The notes under the pieces are model-generated. The model did no database searches. It was not told where the DNA came from and was given only the letters and a program-made list of their open reading frames with translations. Shown piece after piece: positions 41,673 to 54,230 of a DNA stretch of 64,000 nt (its first letter is position 1; each line of letters starts with the position of its first letter). The stretch comes from Moniliella sp. 'wahieum' (lineage: Eukaryota), in the NCBI GenBank assembly GCA_003971905.1, contig RSEE01000127.1, forward strand, positions 1-64,000, read 5' to 3'. The translations under genes were made by a program, and so were the position numbers.

Positions 41673-44600
41673 GCGGTGTCGATTGGCCCGAACTGTGGGT
41701 ACTTGGCTTTTTGTCGGTGTGTACCGACTCGAAGCCTGCTGTGCAGCATCACTAGCGTCCTCATCACTACTTGCCATCTGTCGATGGGTGGCGGGACGTG
41801 TCGCTGCAGGCTGCGGGCCAGCTACATATTGCCCACCCTTCTATGACTGGTTATTCGTGCAGTTGGTGTGTGCCCTCCACAAAATGGACATCTTGTCCAG
41901 CATGCTACATTGCGCCCACGTCGTCTTGAAACTCTATAGGATCAGCATGCAGATGATCAGATTGACCGAGCAAAGTGTGGTTCGCTTCATGTACGTGGGA
42001 GCAGATGCGGGATCCTGACACCCTGAGGCCTGATGAAAGGCAGCAGTAGAAATTCCGCTGCGCGTCCTCAGGGCATGCAGCTGAGCTTCACGTGGCGGAG
42101 GTGGGCGGTGGATCGCACGGAGGGAAGAGTAGCAGAAGCGCAATGACTGCGGCGATATTGCCTCCGCGGTTGCCTTGTCACCAAGCGGCCATTACCTTGC
42201 CATTCCCTCCTGCTCGACACGATGGGCGTGGTTACGCTTATCGCTTACTCCCACGTGCAGCCCGAGCGTAGCGAGCAACGTGTCATGTTCTGCGTCTCGT
42301 CATCATCCTTACCGTCCCCGCCGCCGTGTCGTCGCACCTCTTGCCGTAGTCCGCCATAAGAGTTTATCCATCAGTTCGATACCAAGGTTCTCGCCGAAGA
42401 TCCGTGGCTTTTACCGGTTCGGGAACTGGTCTGATGGCCCTGCACGGGGGTGTGTGAAAAATTGAAATATGGGTAATGGCGGGATGGGATTGGAAGATGG
42501 GTAGATCTTAACGAATATCGGAGTAGGGCTGGGGAGGTACCTGGCAGAGACTCGACGCTTGTGGCGACATCCATTTGGGGCTGCAACCCACGCCTCACGT
42601 CTGGCCTCTACTCCAAACCGCCCCTTCCTTCGGCCATGCCCTGCGCGTGGGACGCATGACAGTCATCCGTCACCTGGCTCGTTGCCGGCAAAAGAAGCTT
42701 ATGTGCACATGCGCATCATATCAAAGCGCAGCCCATCGCCCCATTTCACGTCTCGAGAGCTTCCGGCTGATGGGTCCAGGATGCGCACCGCCCTATGGCC
42801 TGGCTACTGACGACTGACGACTAACACCAAAACCTATGCTCATCCTCATCGCGCAATGCATATGTCCATTTGATACTGCATCAATCACTAATATCACTGC
42901 CGAAGAGTCGTCGTTGTTGCCCCCTCCTCCGACAGCGACCACGGCAGAAGGTGTCTTCTTCTTGGCGCGTTGTCCCACAGGTGCATGGCACCGTTCGTTG
43001 CAACCATGTTATTGGCTGGGGACACAGCACTACTCGTGGAATAGCCATGCCATCAGAGTCGTAGTCGGGCTCTTCTTTCCCTTTTGCTCCAGCACCCCAG
43101 GAGGAGCCGCAGGCCGAGCCATATACGAGCCGTCACTAGACACATCGTACCCCGGTGAAGAGTGGTGTAGAATCTTTTCGGCGACATGACGTTGTAGAAG
43201 GTATCACGTGGGAGGTTCTGGAAGTTGCAATGGGCAACGGAGGCACAGATGTGCTTCACGAGTACCTTGAATCTGGCAGCGTCCGTGTTCTGGAAGGCGC
43301 CGAATAATTAGAGGTATCAGACGTATGCGCCAGGAGATGGAGATTCGGCCCACAGGAAACCCTGGGCTGCGTATGGCGTAACTCGTCCTCGGCCATGGTG
43401 TAGTGTTACAGGTGAGGAGGCACGGGAAGCAGGAGAAGGCGAGCATGGTCAGGTGGGGGGCATGCTCGCATCTTCGGCCACCTCGTCAATGGCAGGACTG
43501 GCCCCCATCCTCGCATTACAGCACCACGTTGTGGCTGTACTGCGCACCTTCGTGTGCTTGAGTGCATGAAACCGGACATCGGTCGAACCGGGCAAGCAGG
43601 GAACTGGTACAGCACCTCTCGTCCTGCTTCACCGTGGACCAGGCCGCGGGGGAAAAGGTACAGCAGATGCGTCTGTCATATTGTGCACGTGTGCGGCTCG
43701 TCCATCGGTCGGCATTTTGGTGAGCCGACGTCGAAACATGGCGGTGGCGACTTGGTAAAAGGATGGGCGAGATGGGTTGTACATATGATATGCATTGGGG
43801 GTGTTTTTTATCAAAGGTCCGGCAGACGATCACGGCCCCTCTAACCTTAAACCTTGTCCCCTCTAACCTTAAATTGCCCCCTCTCCCAGAGACGTACGCT
43901 CTCCCGCTTCTTTGATATGCTCTTCCAAGGCGTATTACATTCGTCATCCCCTATCTGAAGATGAGAGTGGCGCAGTCCAGATGGCCACCCTGAGGTGATG
44001 CGGTAGGTAGCACTATAGTGTTGGCAGTGTGGGGTCGAATACGCCACAGCCAACGACATGCTTAATACAAGGGTGCATGAAAGAGCAACAGAGGCTATAT
44101 ACCTTAGGGCTGCGGGATCATGGACAAAGCCAACACAAAAGCTAAATGGAATGGTTACACATCGGAGCTCCTGACCTCGACCAGGGCTATCGCCTTGACT
44201 TTGATGTAACACCGTAGGTCGCTAGTCACTAGTCATAGTTAGCTCAAGTGAGGATAATCGTGACCTGTAAGCGATTCACCCGGCTATGGAGACCGCAATG
44301 GATGCTGAAGCGTTGGGACAGTAGCGTAGGCGACCGATTGCGGGCGGGCGATAGGCGTTGGTGTAGGAAGCGGACGAGGGCTACTGGACAAGGCTATAGT
44401 CGTTGACTTACGCGCGCATCAGCAACCTTCGGGGTGCCCTTGGAGTCTCGGGCTAGAGGGGCCGCAAGTGCGCCGCGTCGGTGAAGCCAGTCACGTCGCA
44501 ACAGAACTAGTACCGCAGCAAGTCGCAAATAGGCAAAGTCAAAATGGCGCTCTGATTGAGATGATTAGACCTCGAACACTGCTGCAGGGGGCCGCTATAG

Positions 44601-45887
44601 TGTTGGGCGTTAGACAGATATAATAGCTTACTATAGGCCCCTGGCGTAGCCCAGATTGGCCTGTGCGCACAGATTGGCTGCGCCACCACGCGCCTCCTTT
44701 TAACCTCCTGTCCTCTGTGGTTGCATCCTGTCTCCTCACCACCGCCCTCTCATTGCCCCCGTAGCAACCGTATCCCATCTCTGCAGCAAGCACATCGCAG
44801 AGTGCTCTGTGCCACGGCGCAACAGCACCATCTTCTTCCCTGGACATCAACATCACCATCGTTGCTGCCTGCACTGCTTTACTGACCGCTTTTGCTAGTC
44901 CGCCCCATCGCTCGGTTCTCCTCGCCTGGTCTGCATTGCTGCTGTACGTCTCCTTCCCTCTCCCGCCACACTCCACCGTCTCCTCGCCTCGTCAGTATCG
45001 GTTGAAGCCCCACCTCTGCCTCTCGCCCCGTCGCCTCTCACTGTGTCTGAATTGCTTCTGTCGTACGTGTTTTCTTGCCGCCAGTGCTCTGCTGCTGACC
45101 GCGTACACAGAACTCCCCCTCGCAGGCCATCTTGCATCATTTCACCTGATCCCAGCGCCATCGTACGTGCCGGCTTCCTCCGCATTCCCCACACTCTGCT
45201 GACTTGTGGGTCGCATGCATGACGTGCATGCACCGTTTCGCTCACCTTCGGCCTTGTCCGTCTGGTTCCATTTTGCCTCGCCTGAGGTCCTCTCGCTTGG
45301 CTGGTCTGCCTTGCCATCGTACGTCCCCCGTACTTCGCGCTTGGAGTTGTCCTCTGCCCCACTGACACTGTCTGCCCAGCTGCTGTATGCACGGAATCCC
45401 ACGGTTGGTTCGTCTCGCCTTGTTCGCCTCGACCTCATCTGAACCTGTTTCGCCATCGTAGTCCTTCTGCTATATGTCGACGCTGTGTTCCTGACCTTGT
45501 TCGCCCTACCAGTGTACATTCCGACTTCATCCGCTGCCTTCGCTATCTGGCCGACTTGATCGCCTGACCCGTGAGTCCCGTCGTCATTTGTGTCTCTCGC
45601 TAACCTATGCTGCTGCTGACTTGACCAGCGTCTCCCTAGTGCGCGCTCCCCTCACACTAACCTGCCACTTTCTGTACCGCTCGCTGCTCTACTATGTTGT
45701 GTGCTTCCGTCTGACATCACACTTAACCGTGGTTGACGTGTCATCGCTTCCCAGCGATCTTCGAATGCATTCTATACCTAAAAATACCTACCCTGCCATA
45801 AATCTAGTAGTTCTGGATCGATGCCAGCCGCCGGTTGGAGAGCCTACAAGCACGCATCCAATCACAGCTAAGCGTTTGGGCACATTT

Positions 45888-46040
45888 GGGCTAAGGGCTT
45901 GAGCGCATGTGGCCAAAGCCATTGAGCGCATGGGCCAAAGCACTTGATCTCATGTGGCCAAAGCGCTTGATCTCATGTGGCCAAAGCGCTTGACCTCTTG
46001 GGCCAAAGCGCTTAACCTCATGTGGCCAAAGTGCCTAAGG
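45888..46040. repeat. Minisatellite, ~7 imperfect 22-23-bp units (GGCCAAAGCGCTTGATCTCATGT)
   Basis: Read directly. Units are head-to-tail with no spacers. Confidence 0.85.
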
Positions 46041-46215
46041 TTAGAGAAACGTCCATTTCATTGGCAGACTTAAGAAGGCTGGGACGGTGGGGAACGCTAC
46101 GTCTAAACCTAACCGTTCATCTTGCGGGGGTTACTTAGGGGCGCCACCAGGGTCAAGGAACCAGGGGGATCGCCAGGATATCAGGACCTCCGGCTCATGC
46201 ATCCGGTCCCGTACC

Positions 46216-46797
46216 CTAGGAAGCGCGTATGGACACGAGGAACGTGGTTGACATCCGAGCGAGGAACCATTTCCACTGAGACTTAGTAGCCAACTCCTTC
46301 CAATGCGCAAACAACTTGCTCGCCGTCTTGGTGCCGTAGTATCCTCGCGTCGTCAAAAACAGGGGGGAAAAACGTCTCTGAGTGCGTCGGGTACTTGGCG
46401 TTCTTCTCGCATTCTGCTTGTTCAAGCATCCGAAGCAGCTCCTTCTCCCGGCGTTCCAAGGGGGTTGCGGTGCTCGCGTGCACCACTCCGGAACGCGCTC
46501 TGCGCTGCCAGTGATCCCGTTGCGCGAGCGTGTGGTCGACCTCCATTCCTGATCCTCCCAGTGCTCCGGGTCCCATCACGCGGTAGTCAGTGCGCTGTGT
46601 CCTCTGTCTCCGGCCAATCCTCGTCCTCCACCATTGGTTCGTTGTGGACATGGGTGTCGGGATGGAGCGTAGGAGCTGGAGAATGGGCTCCCGCACTGCG
46701 TCATGCAACGCTCCAAACTTGGCCTGGGAGCGAGTGCAATACATGATGTGCTCCAGCGAGGACATGACACCGCACTTGCACATGCTGCGCGGTGTGC
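46216..46797 (-). mobile_element. 3' part of a CRE-like non-LTR retrotransposon (CCHC + restriction-like endonuclease domain)
   Basis: CKCG...EHIMYC, LHDAVR, RTDY, EVD, ECEKNAKY, F.P.FTTRG motifs in the order expected for an RLE domain. Confidence 0.7.
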
Positions 46798-46980
46798 TGT
46801 AACAGTCGGGGCTAAACGAGGGAGACCAAGGTCCTGTCAGAGGCGGGGAAAGGCAAGATCGTTCGTGGGAGGGAGGAAACAGAAGGCATCAGGCAGAGAA
46901 CAGAAGCAAAAGGGAAGGGAAGAGCAAGAGACACAGGATGCGGAATTGGAAATTGGAGCGAGCTTAGTCATTCGGTGACA
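46798..46980 (-). repeat. 3' LTR (183 bp)
   Basis: Direct repeat of 52337-52516 with TGT...ACA ends, next to the polypurine tract. Confidence 0.95.
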
Positions 46981-49900
46981 TTGCCCCCTTTCAGACCTCA
47001 CCTCCCCGGCTTCGGAGGAGGCGGGCAAGGCAATGCGACGGGAGCGGGAAACAGGCTTGTCGGGGTACTCGCATGGAAACGAACCACCGGGTCGGCGTCG
47101 GGACATGTCCGCGGCTGGCACCCACTCCCGCTCGTGGACCGGGTAGCCTCGGAAATGGACAAAGTACTCGAGACGTCCACCGCGACCCTTACGGCGGGAG
47201 TCAAGAACCTCTTGGACCTCGTGATGAACCGCCCCATCGTCGGCATACTCGGGAAGGGGGGGAGGGGGCTCGACCAAGCGGTTAGAGACCTCGTCGCCTG
47301 GGCTATAGGCGCGCAACCGGGAGACGTGGAACACATCGTGAATGTGAAGCCAATCAGGCAAGCGAACCTGGTACGCAGCACGTCCGACAGCACGGACAAT
47401 GGGAAAGGGACCAAGGTAGCGATAATCCAACCCGTCGGAGGGACGTTGGGTGGAGAAGTAGCCATCGCGCCGAACCAAAACCGGTTGATCAACTTCAAAG
47501 GTGTCGGCCTCGGTGCGATGCTGATCAGCGTAGTGCCGATACCGCTCCTGGGCAGCGGCCAGCGTCTTCCGAGCTACGGCCTGGGCCGAGCGGAGGCCCT
47601 CGAGGTACGATGCAGCGTCCGGCACGGCCGACGACGCAGCCGCCAACTCACCGCGGGGCGAGTAGCCATACGTAAGGAAAAAGGGGGACGCGCCTGTGCT
47701 GGAGTGGGGAGAAGAGTTGTAAGCAAACTCGGCCGTGGGAAGAAGATCAATCCAGTTTGACTGCTGCTCATCCAGGTAGCAACGAAGGTACTGCTCGAGC
47801 ACCTGGTTCACTCTCTCCGTCTGCCCGTCCGATTGGGGGTGATACGCCGTGCTGAGGCTCGAGTGGATGCCCAAGTCACTGCACAGGGCCCTCCAAAAGT
47901 GGCTCGTAAAGGTAGGACCACGGTCGCTGACCAAGTCGCGCGGCAACCCATGGTAGCGGAAAACGTGGTGAACAAACTGGTGGGCAAGCCGCGGCGCCGT
48001 GTCCGTTGTGTGGGCAGGAATGAAATGCGCCATCTTAGTGAACCTGTCCACCACGACCAAGATGGCATCGAACCCCTTCGAGGGTGGAAGCTGGGTGATG
48101 TGATCCATCGTTAAATGAGTCCACGGGCCTTGAGGTGGGGCCAAGGGTTGAAGCAAGCCAGCGGGAGGACGCCGCGGCACTTTGGTCCGCTGACAACGGT
48201 CGCAAGAGCGCACATATGCCCACACGTCGGCCGACAGGCGGGGCCACCAATACTGCGACCGCACACGCAACCGAGTCTTGTCCCGCCCTTCGTGTCCTGC
48301 CAGCGCGGAGTCGTGGGCCTGGAAAAGGACAGCCGCGCGGAGAGGGGCATCGGGGGGGACATAGATCTGCTCCCATGCCACAGGAGGCCATCGCGAACGG
48401 TAAGAGCATGAGGGGGGGGTCGCGGGGAGATCGCAACGGCCCAACGGGGGTCGCGGGGGCACCAAGTCGCGGATGCGCTGCTGGATCTCGTCGGCCGACA
48501 AGCGCGCCACGGCGCACGGCGCGTCGGGCTGAGTGGACATGAGCTCGAGCACAGCAGCCGAACGCTCAGAGACAGGCTCCAGCAGGGTCTGGGGGGCAGC
48601 CTCGGCAGGGCGAGAGCCGATGGAAAGATCGGGGCGACGGGACAAGCCATCAGCGGCAGCATTCTTCGTCCCGGAGCGATACACCATGAGTAACCGGTAG
48701 GGCGACAAGGTCTGACGCCACCGGCCCTGCCGGCGGTTCAGGAGGCGCGGCCGGCGGAAGGTAGCGATCGCCTCGTGGTCCGTAAGCACCTGGACCGTAT
48801 CGACGCTCTCAACATAGTGGCGCCACACTTCGACGGCCGCCACAATGGCAAGCACCTCCTTCTCAGACGTGGTATAGTTGAGTTCGGCTGCGACAAGCTT
48901 GCGGGAATGGAAGGCGACAGGCCGCCAACGACCATGTTCGTCCTGCTGGGCCAGCACGGCACCCAAGGCGGCATCCGATGCGTCAGTCTCAATGCGGAGT
49001 GGCCGACTGGGGTCAAAATGGCAAATGACATGGGGAGAAGCGAAGGCCCTCTTGAGGTCGTCGAAGGCGCTTTGGCAGGCAGGCGTCCAATCAAACCGCT
49101 GTGTCTTGCGGGTGAGGTCGGAAAGGGGTGCCGAAATGCGGGCATAGGAGCGAATGAAGTGGCGATAGTAATTGGCAAACCCAAGGAACACCTGAACTTG
49201 GCGACTGGTCTTGGGCGTCGGCCATGCTTTGATCGCTTCCACCTTAGCAGGATCCATTCCGATCCCCGTGGGCGAAACGACATAGCCCAAATACTCAGTC
49301 TGGGATGTGTGGAACTGGCACTTGTCCGGATTAAGGTAAAGCCTTGCGCGCTGCAGACGCCGCAACACCTCGGCAACATGCTCCTCGTGTGCCTTCTCGT
49401 CCGACGAGAATACCAAGATATCGTCCAAATATGCCAGCACCGAGACGTCGAGGAGGTCCCGGAGGAGATCATTCATTATGGCTTGGAAAGTGGCGGGCGC
49501 GTTACAGAGACCGAACGGCATGACGAGCGACTCAAAGTGACCATACCGGGTACGAAAAGCCGTCTTGTACTCATCGCCCTCCTTGACCCTCAAAAGGTTG
49601 TACGCCCCACGGAGGTCAAGCTTGGTAAAAACGCGAGCCCCGGACAAGCGATCGAGCGAGTCACTAATCAAGGGGAGGGCCATACGATTCTTGATGGTAA
49701 TGGAGTTGAGAGCACGATAGTCTACACACAGTCGGAGCGAGCCATCCTTCTTCTTAACAAAGAGAACACCCGCCCCAAACGGCGATTTAGACGGGCGAAT
49801 GAACCCAGAGGCCAAATTTTCGTCAATCCAACGGCCCAGGGCATCCATCTCGCCCGTAGAGAGGGGATAGAGACGAGTGAAGGTGGGAGTAGCGCCGGGC

Positions 49901-50356
49901 ACGAGGTCGATCGAATGGTCGGCCGCACGATGGGTGGGAAGCGTCTTGGCGCCAGACTTGGAGAAGGCATCAAGATAGGCATGGTAGCGGGTAGGCACCG
50001 TTTTCCGGACGTGGTCGACATACTCCGGGGTGTCAAACTCGTCAGGGAACACTGGCTCTGGACCCTCTGCAACGGAAACAGACGAAATGACCAAAGCTGG
50101 GTCACTGGGACGGGCAACGCATACCTCGGTGTGGGGATCGGCGGCCACCTCTCCTTCAAACTGTTCCAAGGAAAGGAGGTCAATCGGCACGCTAGGGGGA
50201 AGGGAGGACTGGGAAGGGGTGGTACCGGAGGGTGAGGAGCGAAGACGCGTACCTTGGGGAGGGGGGGACTGGTTTGAAGGTGGAGGCACAGACTGGTACG
50301 GAAGCTGAGAGGGGGACTGCGGCGGATGTGGGGGAGGGGGGAACTGGTTGGGGAGA

Positions 50357-50453
50357 TGCTGGTGCTGGTGCTGGTGCTGGTGCTGGTGCTGGTGCTGGTG
50401 CTGGTGCTGGTGCTGGTGCTGGTGCTGGTGCTGGTGCTGGTGCTGGTGCTGGT
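50357..50453. repeat. (TGCTGG)n hexamer microsatellite within pol, between protease and RT
   Basis: About 16 perfect units, encoding QH repeats in the RT frame. Confidence 0.9.
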
Positions 50454-52336
50454 GCGGTGCTGGTGCGGGGGCGGGTGCTGGTGCTGGTGCTGGGGTTGGG
50501 GTTGGCAATGCTCGCGGCACTGCGGTTTGTCGAAATGCAAAGTGTGCGAGGGGTAGTCGGTGGAAGGGTTGTGGGCCTCGAGAAAGGGGAGGCCAAGAAT
50601 CAAGGGATGGTGGAGGGAGGTGAGGAAAAATTCCTCGGTCGACACATGCGAGCCGACCGCGACGGATGCCTCCACCGCCCGGGTCACCAGACCCGAAGAG
50701 ATGGGGCGTCCGTCAACTACGCGGACTGACAAGGGCGACTCCAGCGGATGGGCAAGCAGGCCGTGTCGGTGAGCGAAGACACGATCCATAAAGACGCTGT
50801 TGGCACCAGAGTCAATCAGGGCAAGAACCGGGATCGGAGCTGGGGACGGGGACGAGGACGAAGAACCAGGGCGCAAGTGAACAAGTACCGTGAAAGAACC
50901 AGGCGAAGGCCGACTGGGCCCGACGGCCGCCTCAGACAGCACCAGCCGTGGAGGAGTCGGACTGTTGAGGCGGGGGCGAGCTGGCAAGCGGGCAGCGGGC
51001 GATGCGGTGGTCACGGGAGCCGCAACAGTAGCAGGATCCTTCCGCCCTGCGCTCCCGATATCGTGCTGCTCTCTGTGGCCTGCGCCTCGGCTGCGCTAAG
51101 GTCCATGGGTTCGGGTTCGGCCGGCGAGGGCCGAAAAAACTGGCTCCCGCTCGGAGCCTGAGAAGCCCTACTAACGCCGCGCATACCCAACGTCTGGGAC
51201 TCGTCGATATCGATGGCCGCAGTGCGCAGCTGCTCAAACGACAGCCGATTGACGTGTGTAGACTCACCACGAGCAGCAAGACCGTCTCGCACCTTGGGTT
51301 TCAGCCCATACAGAAAGTCCCAATAGTACTGCTCATGAGGGGCATTGGGGCTCCAGCATCGCAGCAGACGCACAAATTGAGCGGCATAGTCGGCAGCCGA
51401 CCCGGTCTGAGTGAGCGCCCGATACTCCACATACGCTGACTGCTGCGGGTTACGTTCACCCCATTCGGTCAAAACGCACGCAGTCCGAAAGGCAGGCCAC
51501 GACTGGAGGTCAGGGGAGGTGCGCTGAGCCAACGGCAGTTCGGGCTCCGACCCGTACTGCCGGAGCCACCGAAGCGCCTCGCCTTGCATCAATCCCATGA
51601 ACCGGTCAATCTTCTCCGCATCGTCGACGTGGCGACCGAGGGCGACGCGGGCGTAGATCTCAAAGGAAGTAACGACCTCTTCAGCCGAGATGCGGTCACT
51701 CTTGCTGGGGTGAGCACTGGAGGACGGACGGAAATGGACAGGCTCGAACATCTTGAGGTCGCGAGACGCGGGTGCCGGCTGGGACGGGGCGCTCTCGGAG
51801 GCGGAAAGGGCGGGGCCTTGCACGTTGGCGGAACCACCGCTAGCAGCAGCGCGCGCTTGCTCTGCCGTCTGTGAGAGCTGCAGCATCTCAACAGCCGCTG
51901 CAGCCTCCGCCCGTTTCTCCTCCAGCATGGCCTCCCGCCGAACTGAGTGTGGGCGCGATCGACTCGAATCTTCTCGGCCTCGTGGGCATTGTCGTCGCGA
52001 ATCTTCTCGGCCTCGTAGGCCCGTTCCTCGCGGAGCTTCTCCGCCTGCAGCCGACGAGCCGCGCGAGCATCATTCAACTCGTCCAGCGCGATTGCAGAAG
52101 CGGGGGGTCCAGCCATGGAAGATGGGTCTTGGGCCATCGGAGCGGCGGGGGTGTACCATTCTGCCTCCTCGCCACCGCCAGCACCGCCGCCCATCGCCGC
52201 CATCATCCGAGGCATCCAATGCGTAACGGCCACTGCGGCGCACGGGGGGGTTACTGGTAGGGTTGCTGAGATTCTGCTGGTCGGGGGTCGCGGACATCTT
52301 GGTCGGGCTCGTCTGATTGGGGTTGACGAACGATAA

Positions 52337-52516
52337 TGTAACAGTCGGGGCTAAACGAGGGAGACCAAGGTCCTGTCAGAGGCGGGGGGAAAGGCAAGAT
52401 CGTTCGTGGGAGGAAACAGAAGGCATCAGGCAGAGAACAGAAGCAAAAGGGAAGGGAAGAGCAAGAGCACAGGATGCGGAATTGGAAATTGGAGCGAGCT
52501 TAGTCATTCGGTGACA
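52337..52516 (-). repeat. 5' LTR (180 bp)
   Basis: Differs from the 3' LTR only by small indels in the segments compared by eye. Confidence 0.95.
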
Positions 52517-52745
52517 GGTGCGGCACAGCGTGCGGAGCTGGAGACCAACCTGGACCTGCTGGTCGGAGAGCCTGAGGTACGGGACGGACGGAATGGCGGA
52601 GAGCCAGTTGTGGCTCAGCGGGTTGCTGTGCTCAACCACGTGACGACCATCGGCAGCGTCCAGCTTCTGGAGCAGCTCCTGTCGACTTTTCTCCCACATC
52701 TCGCGGCAGCGCTGGCGTTGCTTCGTAAATGCGTTGGCCTCTGGT
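52517..52745 (-). mobile_element. Upstream part of the same CRE-like non-LTR element
   Basis: WLSAIPSVPYLRLSDQQVQVGLQLRTL, the pre-CCHC motif of CRE-clade elements. Joins 46797 in frame once the Ty3 element and one TSD copy are removed. Confidence 0.7.
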
Positions 52746-52879
52746 AATATTCGGAAAAATTTACTCATTTTGGGTGATATGGTCATCTAAGCGAAATATT
52801 AATTTTTCACCAGCGCCCGTGTGCCGCCTAGTATCCGCTGGGTCGCGCAGCCGGCGGTACCGTCCCCCCTGACCTAATG

Positions 52880-54230
52880 GTGATCATGCAGTGGTACCAT
52901 TTATAATGTTCTTGTACACGCTCTCAACACCTCGGTTGACATTCGCAACATTTGCGTTATGCTTGCCCCCGCTTTCAATGGACTGGTTGGTTGGGCAACG
53001 TACTACATATGGTGTTCACCAAGCACACATGAAAGACGATGCAGCAGGGCTTTTAGTGGCTGTCTTTGTGGGCATTGCGCCTGGTACGTTGTGTTATCTT
53101 TATGCTGTTCTTTCGTCTCACCTGGCTGTCTCATCACAGGCTATATATCCCCCGGTCGAATGCTGGCTCATACGATAACGAAAAGCCAGGGTCATTTTCT
53201 TGCTGAAGATGGCATTTTACATGTATTAGTAAAGCCATGAAAGAAGGAAGTGCCATGTGGTGCGCTCTCTGCGCTCTTTTCTACTTCTATATGGTTGCTG
53301 CCTGGGGCGGATACGTGTTCATTACGGGCATAGTTCCACAGATGACGGGGGGCGCTGCCAGAGCCAAAGATGCCACTTCCTCCAAGGCTATTGAACGCAG
53401 CCATGGCAGCGGGCAAGACGGTGGTGCACAAGACTGGGATCTATGTGGGTTAGACAACCGCTTGCTGGTGACAGGCTAAACATTGTTGTTCTACTTCTCA
53501 CGTTTGTGTTGCACTGCACCTATGTCACCTCGACGGCCTATACAGCTCGACTTCACAGTTGTGCTGGCCAGCCGCAACACTATATGGCTCGCAGCATGTC
53601 ATCGATGACTTCCATGAGGCATACGATTGGTTACGCCAGAATACCCCGACGGACGCCAAGGTGATGAGTTATGACTCCCACATTGCCGAAATGGCCGACC
53701 GACCAACGCCGGTGGACAACAACACTTGGAACACATTGCTATACCGTGGGGCGAGCGACGAGCAGTCCAGAACACAAGTAAGGCGTATCCTATCCTGCGC
53801 AAACATGATGTGGATTATATCTTGATCATCTACGGAGGGCTGCTCGGCTTCTCGGGGGACGACATCAATAAGTATCTGTGGGTGATCCGCATTGTGCCTA
53901 AGAGGTGTTTGGCCCAACGAAATTCGCGAACAAGACATTTTCATCCCGGACGGTCAGTACCGCGCATTGACGATGTGTGACGGACACGATGAAGAACTCG
54001 CTGACGTACAAGATGCGCTACTACCGGTTCAACGGGCTTTTTGGCGGCCGCCCCGATATGGACCGCGCGTCGTGGATCGACCTTGCGACCAAGGACTCGC
54101 AACTGGACATTCTCGACGAGGCATTCACATCACAAAGAACTGCATCGTCGTATTTACCAAGTCAAAGCCTCACTCGGTGGGTCGTGACCTGGGCTAACAG
54201 CTTTGATCAGGGTAACGCCGCAAGCATGTT
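52880..54230 (+). pseudogene. STT3: Oligosaccharyltransferase catalytic subunit STT3 pseudogene fragment
   Basis: [68 protein letters not shown]. The WWD of WWDYG is deleted, the N-terminus and a large central part are missing, and intron 53084-53139 is retained. Confidence 0.85.

Larger units (their letters stand above)
46798..52516 (-). mobile_element. Full-length Ty3/gypsy LTR retrotransposon (chromovirus)
   Basis: TG...CA LTRs, gag from ~52297 with knuckle CYCCGSRDHRIARC, protease ALIDSGA, RT YLDD, RNase H ETDASD, integrase HHCC/DDE/GPF, chromodomain EVQEVLDSR...EYFVHFRGY...EWVP. PPT GAAAGGGGG; 5-bp TSD TGTGC/GGTGC. Confidence 0.97.

Noticed and set aside
42100..45850. Degenerate element or gene remnant (short duplication at 43835-43885, imperfect repeats at 44920-45470)
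   Set aside because: Probably repeat-derived, but no family motif or termini could be supported by eye.
45888..46040. CRISPR-like array
   Set aside because: Units are adjacent with no unique spacers, there are no cas genes, and the context is eukaryotic.
46030..46140. Interstitial telomere tract
   Set aside because: Only isolated TTAGGG-like words, not a tandem array.
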